A DNA stretch of 60,966 nt from a virus. Its lineage: Duplodnaviria > Caudoviricetes. Shown here piece by piece: positions 17,866 through 27,243 of this stretch. Under the pieces are notes generated by a model that saw only the letters and a list, made by a program, of their open reading frames with translations, made no database searches and was not told the DNA's origin. Positions within the stretch are counted from its first letter, which is position 1. Each line of letters opens with the position of its first letter. The stretch spans positions 1-60,966 of the IMG/VR virus record IMGVR_UViG_3300044998_000129; one strand, written 5' to 3'. A program made the translations under genes and the position numbers.

Positions 17866-18606
17866 ATGCTAAATAATCAACCGATAGAAAAAGTCATCCG
17901 TGAATTTGATGGCTTTTATCAAGTTCACTCTATCTTTGAAACAATTCAAGGCGAAGGTCCATTTTGCGGAACCCCTTGTGTCTTTCTTCGTTTAGCGGGA
18001 TGTAATCTAAACTGCCCGCTCTGCGATACTGACTATACATCTTCGCGAACGAAGATGAATCTTAGTCAGATCATGCATTGGATGACTGATCTTCAACAAA
18101 AACCTGGCCTTGTTGTTGTTACCGGCGGCGAGCCTTTTCGACAACCTATTGGTCCTCTTCTCGATTCATTAACTGAGCATGGCTACTATGTTCAAGTCGA
18201 GACAAATGGAACACTTCCGCCACCAAAACTGACAGGGCGCAACGCAAACTATCAACGTGACGTTCCAAGCAGGATGACTGATCGAAAAGGCGTCTATGTA
18301 GTTTGTTCTCCAAAAACAGGCTACGTTCATCCCGACACAGTGGCCAGAGCTTGTTGCTTCAAATATGTCGTGTCTTGGTCTGATGTAGACGCTACTGATG
18401 GGCTTCCGACACGGGCGCTTAATCACGTTGCAAATCCTAAACTAGCTCGGCCACCGAAGGGCTGGGATTTGCCGATTTATCTTCAACCCGCCGATCATAA
18501 AGATGATTTTGAAAACGCAAAGAATACTTGCGTCGCTCTTGCATCTTGTGTAAAGTTTGGATATACACTTCAGCTTCAAATCCACAAACTTCTTGGTCTG
18601 CCATAG
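17866..18606 (+). CDS. queE: 7-carboxy-7-deazaguanine synthase (radical SAM)
   Basis: TIQGEG, RLAGCNLNCPLCDT, TGGEP, ETNG, SPK, Q.HK. Confidence 0.95.
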   Translation: MLNNQPIEKVIREFDGFYQVHSIFETIQGEGPFCGTPCVFLRLAGCNLNCPLCDTDYTSSRTKMNLSQIMHWMTDLQQKPGLVVVTGGEPFRQPIGPLLDSLTEHGYYVQVETNGTLPPPKLTGRNANYQRDVPSRMTDRKGVYVVCSPKTGYVHPDTVARACCFKYVVSWSDVDATDGLPTRALNHVANPKLARPPKGWDLPIYLQPADHKDDFENAKNTCVALASCVKFGYTLQLQIHKLLGLP

Positions 18607-18615
18607 GAGCCAGCT

Positions 18616-19380
18616 ATGCTTAACAAAGATCGCGCCGTTGTAGTATTCAGCGGCGGACAAGACTCTACGACTTGCCTCTACTATGCAAAGCAAAACTTCA
18701 AAGAAGTTTTTGCTGTGACATTTAACTACGGCCAACGTCATCAGGCGGAGCTAAAAGCTGCAGAGACGATTGCGAAGATGGCGGGTGTCGATCACGAGAT
18801 CATTAATCTCGGCGAAGGTATTCTTAAAGGCACTAGCCCACTAGTAAACAAAAATGAAGAACTAGATCAATACGAAGATCATCATTCTTTGCCTGGCGGC
18901 TTAGAAAAAACCTTTGTTCCAATGCGCAATCAGCTTTTTCTAACAATCGCTGCAAACAGAGCTTACATCCTAGGTTGCAATAATCTTGTGACTGGTGTAT
19001 GTCAAGAAGACTACGGCGGGTATCCTGATTGTCGCAGAGAGTTTATCGACTCGCTAGAAGATACTTGCAGCTATGGCACTTTTACGGGCGAGCCTGAAAC
19101 GTTGCCAAATCTAAACATCATCACGCCTTTGATGAACTTGACTAAAGCCCAGACTGTAAAACTTGCTCAATCGCTTCCCGGATGTATGGAAGCCTTGGCT
19201 TACAGTCATACGGCATACGACGGAAAGTATCCGCCGACTGGAAAAGATCATGCCTCTCTTTTGAGGGCAAAAGGATTTGAGGAAGCTGATGTCCCTGATC
19301 CGCTAGTTGTTCGTGCTGTAAAAGAGGGTCTTATGGAATGGCCCGATACTCCTAACTACCGCAAAGAACTGAGGAGTTAA
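18616..19380 (+). CDS. queC: 7-cyano-7-deazaguanine synthase (variant lacking the Zn-binding cysteines)
   Basis: SGGQDS, YGQRH, FVPMRN, GYPDCR, TPLM.L.K. Confidence 0.95.
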   Translation: MLNKDRAVVVFSGGQDSTTCLYYAKQNFKEVFAVTFNYGQRHQAELKAAETIAKMAGVDHEIINLGEGILKGTSPLVNKNEELDQYEDHHSLPGGLEKTFVPMRNQLFLTIAANRAYILGCNNLVTGVCQEDYGGYPDCRREFIDSLEDTCSYGTFTGEPETLPNLNIITPLMNLTKAQTVKLAQSLPGCMEALAYSHTAYDGKYPPTGKDHASLLRAKGFEEADVPDPLVVRAVKEGLMEWPDTPNYRKELRS

Positions 19381-19383
19381 CTG

Positions 19384-19830
19384 ATGTTCACCGTTACCAA
19401 AACCTACGGGCACGATCTCGGGCTTTCTTGCTGCTTCCGTCAACCATTGGCACAATCGCACTGTCGTATGCTTCATGGCTACGCGCTTTCTTTTACTATT
19501 GTTTTCATGTCAGATACGCTGAATGAAAATAATTGGGTAATCGACTTCGGATCACTTAAGCCGATCAAAGAATGGCTTACTTACATGTATGACCATACTA
19601 CGGTCATTGCAGAAGACGATCCGATGCTTGATACTTTTGTCGAATTAAACGACAAAGGTATTATAGATTTACGGATTGCAGAAACTGTTGGATGTGAAGC
19701 CTTTGCGCGTAATACTTTTGAGTTTGTAAAAGACTGGCTTGCTTCGCTAGAACTTAAAAACAATGTTTGGGTATCTTCCGTAACTGTTCGCGAACACGGC
19801 GCAAACGCCGCGACCTATGCAGAGGCTTAG
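19384..19830 (+). CDS. queD: 6-carboxytetrahydropterin synthase
   Basis: HCRMLHGY, WVIDFG, DHT, GCEAFA, EHGANAA. Confidence 0.9.
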   Translation: MFTVTKTYGHDLGLSCCFRQPLAQSHCRMLHGYALSFTIVFMSDTLNENNWVIDFGSLKPIKEWLTYMYDHTTVIAEDDPMLDTFVELNDKGIIDLRIAETVGCEAFARNTFEFVKDWLASLELKNNVWVSSVTVREHGANAATYAEA

Positions 19831-19834
19831 CCTG

Positions 19835-20458
19835 ATGACAAAGAAAACGCCGAATTCTTATCAGTCGCATCATTCTTTTGAACAGTTTCAAGCGGCGGCT
19901 ACGCAAATAATCCATGCAGCAGAAGGTTATGATGACTCTAAAGAAAACGGAGTCCGTAGCGGATTGCAAGAAACTTCAACGCGCTTTGCAAAGGCTTGGG
20001 AGTTTTACACCAGCGGGTATAATAAAGACCCAGCCGAAATCTTAAAATCTTTTGAAGATGGAGCTAAAGACTACGAAGAAATGGTGATGGTAAAAGACAT
20101 CCCTTTCTATAGTCATTGCGAGCATCATCTTGCATCGATTTTTGGCAATGCAACGGTGGCCTATATTCCCGATGGCCGTATTGTAGGACTCTCAAAGCTA
20201 TCTCGGCTCGTAGATATTTTTGCCCGCCGTTTGCAAGTTCAAGAACGAATGACAGTTCAGATTGCAGATGCTTTGAATGATAACCTAGAGCCTAAAGGTT
20301 GCGGTGTTGTCGTAAAAGCGCGTCATATGTGTATGGAAGCTCGCGGTATTTGTCAACAAGGTCATTTGACTGTTACTAGTGCCTTTCGAGGTGTTCTTTA
20401 CCACGATCCTAATGCCAGAGCAGAGTTTTATAGGATCGCAAGCAATGAACACTCTTGA
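19835..20458 (+). CDS. folE: GTP cyclohydrolase I
   Basis: SHCEHH, GLSKL.R, RRLQVQER, HMCMEARG. Confidence 0.95.
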   Translation: MTKKTPNSYQSHHSFEQFQAAATQIIHAAEGYDDSKENGVRSGLQETSTRFAKAWEFYTSGYNKDPAEILKSFEDGAKDYEEMVMVKDIPFYSHCEHHLASIFGNATVAYIPDGRIVGLSKLSRLVDIFARRLQVQERMTVQIADALNDNLEPKGCGVVVKARHMCMEARGICQQGHLTVTSAFRGVLYHDPNARAEFYRIASNEHS

Positions 20459-20813
20459 GATCGACCAAGCTAGAATAGGTCTGGATGAATGGCTGGCCGC
20501 TCGACGAAAGGCCACCGTGGGATCGAGCGCATGGCAGGGCGGCGCAGGGCAGGCTGTAGGGCAGGGCGCAGGGCAGGCTGTAGGGCGGGCTGTAGGGCAG
20601 GCAGGGCAGGACGCAGGGCAGGCTGTAGGGCACGCTGTAGGGCAGGGCGCAGGGCAGGACGCAGGGCAGGCTGTAGGGCACGCTGTAGGGCAGGGCGCAG
20701 GGCAGGACGCAGGGCAGGCTGTAGGGCAGGGTGTAGGGCAGGGCGCAGGGCAGGCTGTAGGGCAGGGTGTAGGGCAGGTTGTAGGGAGGCGACGTTGGCT
20801 GAACTTTTGGTGA
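20445..20813 (+). CDS. Low-complexity (GQAV/GQGA)n ORF; G-rich 12-nt tandem repeat between folE and dpdA
   Basis: ATG 20445, 122 aa, fills the gap between the two genes; repeat at 20534-20785. Confidence 0.5.
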   Translation: MNTLEIDQARIGLDEWLAARRKATVGSSAWQGGAGQAVGQGAGQAVGRAVGQAGQDAGQAVGHAVGQGAGQDAGQAVGHAVGQGAGQDAGQAVGQGVGQGAGQAVGQGVGQVVGRRRWLNFW

Positions 20814-20817
20814 TCCT

Positions 20818-21747
20818 ATGAAGATCTATCTTGCGGCAACGTTCTGGTTTGGCTTTGGAGAAGGTCAACGGCAATACGAAAGGTTGACTGATCCTTACTT
20901 AATAGAAATTGCCCGCAACGTTGAGAATCGCCTAGAGTCGTATCATTATCTTTTGCTCAAAAATACCCTAGCCGAACTAAAAGCTACGGGTATAAAGGTC
21001 TTTGTTGACTCAGGAGCTTTCTCGGCCTGGAATCTAGGCGCTACTATTGATTTGAATGAATATTGTAATTTTCTAAAAGAAAACATGGATATTGTTAAGT
21101 GCGAAGACGGGGTATTTATGGCCTCTGTTTTAGACGGCATTGGTGATCCGCTTCTTACTTGGCAGAATCAAATGGCTATGGAAAAACAAGGTATTTATCC
21201 TCTACCTTGTTTTCACTTTGGCGAAGACGAACAATATCTTGATTGGTATTTGAAAAACTACGAATACATTACTATTGGCGGCTGCGTTGGCCGTAGAACA
21301 GAAGAGCTTATTGGCTGGCTTGATATGATCTGGTCAAGACATATCCTAGATAAGAACGGAAAGCCAAAGCGTAAAGTTCACGGATTTGGTATTACTTCGA
21401 TTCCTATTATGGAAAGATACCCTTGGTGGTCAGTTGACTCTACGTCTTGGATTCAAATAGCATCTTTTGGCGCTATTTTAGTTCCTGGCTTTGGGACTTT
21501 GCATGTATCTAATACTTCACCAAATCGACACGAAAAAGGAGCTCATTTTAATAGCCTATCTGAATATGAGCAAAAGCACATTGCAAAAATGATTAAGCAA
21601 GAAGGTTTTGATCTTGATTATTTGAAAGATCATTATCTAGGTCGTGCCGCTTACAATCTTAAAGCGTTTCAAAGTATTCAAAATAATATCAATCGTAAAC
21701 ATCAAGAGCGAACAACAAAAATGCCAATGAGCCAGTATCTGTTTTAG
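20818..21747 (+). CDS. dpdA: DpdA, TGT-like deazaguanine-DNA transglycosylase
   Basis: FVDSGAFSA, LDGIGD, PCFHFGE, IGG, KVHGFG, YPWWSVDSTSW; clustered with que genes. Confidence 0.88.
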   Translation: MKIYLAATFWFGFGEGQRQYERLTDPYLIEIARNVENRLESYHYLLLKNTLAELKATGIKVFVDSGAFSAWNLGATIDLNEYCNFLKENMDIVKCEDGVFMASVLDGIGDPLLTWQNQMAMEKQGIYPLPCFHFGEDEQYLDWYLKNYEYITIGGCVGRRTEELIGWLDMIWSRHILDKNGKPKRKVHGFGITSIPIMERYPWWSVDSTSWIQIASFGAILVPGFGTLHVSNTSPNRHEKGAHFNSLSEYEQKHIAKMIKQEGFDLDYLKDHYLGRAAYNLKAFQSIQNNINRKHQERTTKMPMSQYLF

Positions 21748-21755
21748 GGGCTGAC

Positions 21756-22718
21756 ATGGATGTGCTTGAAACGATGCGGTTTGTTCGGGGAGGTATCTCG
21801 CCAAAGAGCTTACTTCCTGAAATGAAACACTTTTCTATTAAGGAAGGTGTAATAAAGAGCTTTAACGGAATTATTGCACTTTCAAGTCCAATCGACTTTC
21901 ACGTTGAATGTATGCCCCTAGCAATACCGCTTGTGAACGCTATTGCGCGCTGTAACGATGTGATGTCTATTGGAATGACAGATAAAGGTAGATTGCGAGT
22001 AGAGTCTGGACCTTTTAGAACGTTTGTTGAGTGCGCAGATATAGAAATACATAAGATCGAACCCGCAGGAGCAATAGTTCCTATTAACGGGCAAGACCTT
22101 TTAGATGCCGTTAAGAATGTCATGCCATTTATCGGGACCGACGCCGTTCGGCCCTGGTCCAATGGTATGCTTTTGAAAGGCAGTAGTGCTTTTGCTACAA
22201 ATAACGTTTGTCTTGTAGAATATTGGATCGGGACACCTTTTCCGGTGGTCGCCAACATCCCTATTGAAGCCTTGCGAGAACTATTGAGGATTGAAAAGCC
22301 GCCTGTCGCCATTCAGATGGATGAAAATTCAATAACATTTCATTATGAAAATAATAGATGGTTAAGATCGCAGCTTTACACTACAGAGTGGCCTAATGTA
22401 GAGCCAATTTTGAATCAACCTGACAATAACCTAGTGCCTGTGCCGGATAACTTTGTCGAGGCACTAGAGACGATCAAAGTTTTCTTAGAAAAAGACCTTA
22501 CGGTATATTTGCGAGAAGGATATATACATACACAAGAATTTGATGGCTTAGGAGCAAGCTATAAGATAAATAACTTGACGAGCAATGGAATATATAAATA
22601 TGATATGCTTCGCATGGCTATCGAGGCAAGCGAGCAGATAGACCTAAGCGCCTATCCAAACCCCTGTCCTTTTCGTAAAGGAAGACTTCGTGGGGTGGTG
22701 CTCGGAATGCGTCCATGA
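21756..22718 (+). CDS. DNA polymerase III beta-clamp-like protein
   Basis: 320 aa; GTDAVRPWSNG.LL...FATN, L...WPNV resemble clamp domain 2; adjacent to the polymerase. Confidence 0.65.
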   Translation: MDVLETMRFVRGGISPKSLLPEMKHFSIKEGVIKSFNGIIALSSPIDFHVECMPLAIPLVNAIARCNDVMSIGMTDKGRLRVESGPFRTFVECADIEIHKIEPAGAIVPINGQDLLDAVKNVMPFIGTDAVRPWSNGMLLKGSSAFATNNVCLVEYWIGTPFPVVANIPIEALRELLRIEKPPVAIQMDENSITFHYENNRWLRSQLYTTEWPNVEPILNQPDNNLVPVPDNFVEALETIKVFLEKDLTVYLREGYIHTQEFDGLGASYKINNLTSNGIYKYDMLRMAIEASEQIDLSAYPNPCPFRKGRLRGVVLGMRP

Positions 22719-24742
22719 GAACAGATTCAGTTGGTCTTTTCTGGCAAGATTTGCCCAAAGGTAAAACAGGCTATAAGAAGCAGCTTAGGCCATGCCCTCC
22801 GATTCCCGACACTGGATGGAAGCCTGTTACAGAATGGCCTAACCTCTCGTCGGCCAACGTAATCGGTTTCGACATAGAAGCTAAAGACCCGGAACTGACT
22901 GTCGCGGGGCCGGGATGGGCGCGAAATCGCGGCAATCTGATAGGCTTTTCATGCGCCGTCGAAGATGGCTCTAGCTGGTATTTTCCAGTAGCGCACGAGA
23001 CACAACCTGAAATGAATATGGACCTAGACGCTGTTCTCGGTTTTATGAAATACTGGCTAGAGAAACCTACGGCTAAAGTTGGAGCAAATCTGATCTATGA
23101 TGTCGGTTGGTGCAAACAGTATGGAATCAACGTTGGCGGCAAGCTATATGACATACAGTTTGCAGAAGCGTTACTTGACTCTGAGTCTCCAGATGTGTCT
23201 CTTGAAGCCCTTGGTCAGAAATATCTCGGGATGGGCAAAGAAAGTAGTATTCTTTACGATTGGCTGGCTAGTTGGCTTGGTGGATTGCCAACAGAAAAGC
23301 AGCGCAAGAATCTTTATTTAGCGCCGCCATCGCTTGTTGGTCCTTACGCTGAGACCGACGCGGCGCTTCCGCTTGCGATAATAAAACATCAATGGGAAGC
23401 AATGCATCGTCGCGGTGTTCTTGAAGTCTTTGATTTAGAATGCCGATTAATCCGACTTCTTGTTGACATGCGATTTAGAGGCGCTCCTGTTGATCTAGTT
23501 TATGCAAACAAACTTTACGATGAACTCGGGGCTGATCTTGATAAAGCTGAAAAAACCTTAAAGGAAATTGCAGGTCAACCCGTCAACCCGAATTCATCCG
23601 AATCGGTGGCCAGCGCCTTTAAGCGGAATGGACTAGATCTTCCAAAACTAGTTGATCGTAAAACCGGCAAAGAGCGCGTAAGTTTTTCTGTTGATACGCT
23701 TGAAGCTATGGATCATCCTATTGCGGACGCGATCCTAGAATATCGTCGAATCGAAAAAGTTCGTAATACCTTTGTCAAGTCATATATTCTCGATAAGAAT
23801 ATTAATGGTAGGCTACATTGTAGTTTTCATCCGTTAAAAGGATCAGAGCGCGGGGCTAGGTCAGGACGATTTGCTTCGTCTGATCCTAACTTGCAAAATA
23901 TTCCTGTTCGAACTGATATTGGTAAGAAAGTTCGCAAGGCTTTTACGAATAAAAAGCTATGGATTAAGGGCGACTACAATCAAATTGAATACAGAATGCT
24001 CGCACATCATGCAGTCGGTCCTGGTGCTGATGATCTGCGAATGAACTATAACACTAACCCTGATCTAGACTATCATGTCTTTACTCAAGAGCTTATTCGG
24101 ACAAAAACTTCTATTGAGCTCGAGCGACGCCCTGTGAAGAATATTAACTTTGGACTTATCTATGGAATGGGTAAAGCAAAGCTCATTTCCGATTTGATTA
24201 AGTTTAGCAAAGGTGCAAAACTAAATCGTAAAGACGGGGAGCTAATGTATAGCAGTTATCACGAAGCTCTGCCATTTGCAAAGGCTACAATGGAAGCTGC
24301 CGCCGAAGAGGTTAATCGACATGGCTATGTGGAAACTATTTTGGGTAGAAAGTCTGACTTTAACGGATGGACAGCGAAAGAGTTTGACGATAAAGGAACG
24401 GTTCTTAGCTATGAGGCAGCGTGTCAAAAGTATGGACCTTTCAATATCCAACGCGCCTTTACCCATAAGGCTTTGAACAGAAAACTTCAAGGCGGTGCCG
24501 CAGATGTAATGAAAGCTGCGATGGTGAAAGCCTATGAAGCTGGACTTTTCGCAGATGACGCTTGCGGTATGCCGTGCCTAACGGTTCACGACGAACTAGA
24601 TTTTGATTATGAAAACGGTAATGATCTATCGGCACCGTGCTGGAAGGAGTTCAAGCATGTCATGGAAACAGCGGTGCCACAAATTCTTGTGCCTGTTCGA
24701 TTTGACATTAGCTTCGGGCCATCCTGGGGAGATATAGACTAG
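22715..24742 (+). CDS. Family A DNA polymerase with 3'-5' exonuclease
   Basis: FDIE ExoI, SGRFASSDPNLQNIP, DYNQIEYR, KNINFGLIYG, TVHDEL. Confidence 0.95.
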   Translation: MRTDSVGLFWQDLPKGKTGYKKQLRPCPPIPDTGWKPVTEWPNLSSANVIGFDIEAKDPELTVAGPGWARNRGNLIGFSCAVEDGSSWYFPVAHETQPEMNMDLDAVLGFMKYWLEKPTAKVGANLIYDVGWCKQYGINVGGKLYDIQFAEALLDSESPDVSLEALGQKYLGMGKESSILYDWLASWLGGLPTEKQRKNLYLAPPSLVGPYAETDAALPLAIIKHQWEAMHRRGVLEVFDLECRLIRLLVDMRFRGAPVDLVYANKLYDELGADLDKAEKTLKEIAGQPVNPNSSESVASAFKRNGLDLPKLVDRKTGKERVSFSVDTLEAMDHPIADAILEYRRIEKVRNTFVKSYILDKNINGRLHCSFHPLKGSERGARSGRFASSDPNLQNIPVRTDIGKKVRKAFTNKKLWIKGDYNQIEYRMLAHHAVGPGADDLRMNYNTNPDLDYHVFTQELIRTKTSIELERRPVKNINFGLIYGMGKAKLISDLIKFSKGAKLNRKDGELMYSSYHEALPFAKATMEAAAEEVNRHGYVETILGRKSDFNGWTAKEFDDKGTVLSYEAACQKYGPFNIQRAFTHKALNRKLQGGAADVMKAAMVKAYEAGLFADDACGMPCLTVHDELDFDYENGNDLSAPCWKEFKHVMETAVPQILVPVRFDISFGPSWGDID

Positions 24743-24745
24743 TGC

Positions 24746-24774
24746 TTGACTTCTGGCCTACTATCTGCTAGGCT
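24746..24774 (+). promoter_or_regulatory. RpoD-type promoter
   Basis: cTTGACT-N17-TAGGCT. Confidence 0.65.
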
Positions 24775-24841
24775 TGGAGAATAGGGCAAACAGGGCATGA
24801 ATACAAGGCCCTTAAGAAACCGTAGCACAAGGAGAATACCT

Positions 24842-25195
24842 ATGTTTCGCAAAGCAATCCTCGCCACCGCTTTCGCATCGGTGGCCAACGTTTCTGTCGC
24901 CATGCCTTCGCTTGGTGAAATTGTTCGTCTAATGGGCGGTGTTGCAGCTATCGCTGATATTTGCGACAAAGACGTTAGTTCTGACTTTACCGATCTAGTT
25001 GCGCTCTTTGGTAAAGAAATTAACGACGCCTATACTGACGAAGAACTTGCTTTGATTTTGGCCTTGTCAATGTATGCAATAGAAACTGAGGTAATGCAGG
25101 CCAACGAAAAAGGTGTAAGCACTGAAGACTACTGTCTTTTTGCAATTAAAGAATTGCACGCGGCTTCTGGAATTCAAGTTTTTCTCGAGCGTTAA
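24842..25195 (+). CDS. Protein with a Sec-type signal peptide
   Basis: AAGGAG RBS; MFRKAILATAFASVANVSVA; two Cys. Confidence 0.7.
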   Translation: MFRKAILATAFASVANVSVAMPSLGEIVRLMGGVAAIADICDKDVSSDFTDLVALFGKEINDAYTDEELALILALSMYAIETEVMQANEKGVSTEDYCLFAIKELHAASGIQVFLER

Positions 25196-25196
25196 A

Positions 25197-25355
25197 ATGA
25201 GTTGGTTCTGGTGGTCAGTATATCTAATCTTCCTAATAGGATTAAGTCATGGACTGGTTCTGGCCTTTCTTAATGTGGCCGCAAATTCAGGAGCAGTTTG
25301 TCCCGGAAAACCGGACGGATGGGAAGGATGGTGCTATGAAAGCAATGACCGCTAA
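25197..25355 (+). CDS. Small membrane protein
   Basis: 52 aa with a hydrophobic N-terminus and a C..C pair. Confidence 0.5.
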   Translation: MSWFWWSVYLIFLIGLSHGLVLAFLNVAANSGAVCPGKPDGWEGWCYESNDR

Positions 25356-25635
25356 GAATCGCGCAAGTTTTGCTCGCGTTATTCACGATGGTATCGAAAA
25401 AGCTATCGCTGCTGCGGAAACTTTTCCGCAGCCAAACTACACGCTAACTAAGTTTGCAGAAGAAGCCGGTGAACTAGTCAGGGCTGGAGTTCATGCGTCG
25501 GAAGGTCGAGACTCTGTTGTTCACGTTCGTCAAGAAATGGTCGATGTCGTCGCAGCAATGTTCAGACTTTGGTGCGAAGGTGATGAGATACATGGACTAC
25601 CTTCGGTGGCAGAGTCGGATAACGACGAGTTCTAA
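25336..25635 (+). CDS. MazG-like nucleotide pyrophosphohydrolase
   Basis: KFAEEAGEL...QEMVDV. Confidence 0.7.
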   Translation: MKAMTAKNRASFARVIHDGIEKAIAAAETFPQPNYTLTKFAEEAGELVRAGVHASEGRDSVVHVRQEMVDVVAAMFRLWCEGDEIHGLPSVAESDNDEF

Positions 25636-25703
25636 TCAGACTGGATACGAAATATTCACGGCGATTGCTGCTCAGGTCGCGGACAATCTAAAGAGGAAGT
25701 TAC

Positions 25704-26642
25704 ATGAAACCGATGCTGGCTACAGACTGGGAACCAAACAAGCTAAAGTTCCCGGTAATGGCTCAACCCAAGATTGACGGAGTTCGGGCGCTAAATCTTA
25801 GCGGGGTTTTCACGGGTCGAAGCCTAAAGACCTTTGGTAATCGCTATATTACAGAATATTTCAGTCAAGAAATATTCCGCGGCTTTGATGGTGAACTTGC
25901 CGCCGAGCGGCGAACACATCCTGATCTGTGCCGATTGACAACGAGCGCGGTTTCTTCACATGAAGGGCAACCCTGGCTGCTCTGGCACATTTTTGACTAT
26001 GTGACGCCAGAAACACAGCATCTTCCATATGCGCGGCGATTTGAACAAGCCTATGGTCGTATTCTTCAAATCAATCGCGATTATCCCGAGCACGGAAAAC
26101 ATCTTTCAATAGTTCCAACTACAGACGAAATTAACGATCTGGCCACCGTTGAAAGGTTGGATGATCGCTGGCTTGCCGAAGGCTATGAAGGAACTATTCT
26201 TCGCGATCCGAAAGGGCACTACAAGTATGGACGCTGCACCGTCCGAGAAGGTTTGATGCTGCGAATTAAACGGTTTGCTGACGCCGAGGGCGTTGTCGAA
26301 TCGGTGGCCGAGGGACAGCACAACGCTAACGAGGCGACGACAAATCCGCTCGGTTACACGGAGCGAAGCACGCATCAAGAGAATATGATTCCAAACGGGA
26401 TGATCGGGACTATGGATGTTCGCTTGTTGCAATCAATCAAGATAGGCGACAAAACAATTTCAGAAGGTTCCATTGTAACGATCAGCGCCGGTCGCATGAC
26501 TGCTGATCTTCGTAAATACTATCTTGAAAATCAAGATCAAATCATTGGGAAGGTCGCTAAGTTTCAATACTTTCCAAAAGGTGTCAAAGACAAACTTAGG
26601 TTTCCAACCTTTCAATCATTCCGAGCACCGGAGGATATGTAA
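25704..26642 (+). CDS. ATP-dependent DNA ligase
   Basis: KPMLA, QPKIDGVR, FDGEL, YEGTILR, RFPTF. Confidence 0.95.
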   Translation: MKPMLATDWEPNKLKFPVMAQPKIDGVRALNLSGVFTGRSLKTFGNRYITEYFSQEIFRGFDGELAAERRTHPDLCRLTTSAVSSHEGQPWLLWHIFDYVTPETQHLPYARRFEQAYGRILQINRDYPEHGKHLSIVPTTDEINDLATVERLDDRWLAEGYEGTILRDPKGHYKYGRCTVREGLMLRIKRFADAEGVVESVAEGQHNANEATTNPLGYTERSTHQENMIPNGMIGTMDVRLLQSIKIGDKTISEGSIVTISAGRMTADLRKYYLENQDQIIGKVAKFQYFPKGVKDKLRFPTFQSFRAPEDM

Positions 26643-26980
26643 TGGCAATAGACCTACGGCTTCTCTGCCCCATTCCAGACGACTGCTATCCAACCGAGGA
26701 AGATGTTCGCAACCTTGCCTACGAACTTCGCTATGAAAACATAGACTTTAACGAGTCTTCAGTATTGCACATAGCGACGTTATTGGAAAAGATGGCGGAT
26801 CTAATCAACGAACTTGTCATCTTGTCAGAGAAAAAACGAGAGCCGTTGCAGCTCTATATGGAAGTAAAAACTGACGACAAAGGAACGTATCCTGTCTTTA
26901 ATTACAAAGGTCGCGGAGAAGAAACTGATCTAGAAATGGTTAACCGCGCTCTTCAATATTTCAGGAATCAAACAGCGTAA
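26642..26980 (+). CDS. Hypothetical protein
   Basis: TAATG coupling; GGAGG RBS. Confidence 0.7.
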   Translation: MAIDLRLLCPIPDDCYPTEEDVRNLAYELRYENIDFNESSVLHIATLLEKMADLINELVILSEKKREPLQLYMEVKTDDKGTYPVFNYKGRGEETDLEMVNRALQYFRNQTA

Positions 26981-26994
26981 AGTGGAGGAGACTT

Positions 26995-27243
26995 ATGAGA
27001 GACCCATATGAAGAATATGATCGCTTAACCGCCTTGGAGGTCGAGCGACAGCTTGGTGAAAATCCACCGATTCCTAGCTGCTATCTTTTCTACGGCAAAA
27101 CAACTAAAGAGGCCGTAGAAGAACTTCGGGCCTGGTGGAACAGACCCGAAAATGAAAACCTGTTTGGAACCGTTCACGTCGAACGATTGCCTACGGGTAT
27201 GGTAGAAGTAGCATTTCGCGTTAAAGGTAGATGCGAAAACTAG
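26995..27243 (+). CDS. Hypothetical protein (last + strand gene before the convergence point)
   Basis: GGAGGAG RBS; stop overlaps the endolysin stop. Confidence 0.75.
   Translation: MRDPYEEYDRLTALEVERQLGENPPIPSCYLFYGKTTKEAVEELRAWWNRPENENLFGTVHVERLPTGMVEVAFRVKGRCEN

Noticed and set aside
20818-21747. tRNA-guanine transglycosylase for queuosine tRNA modification
   Set aside because: Lacks the TGT zinc-site pattern; phage context beside DNA replication genes and no tRNA genes seen, so DpdA fits better
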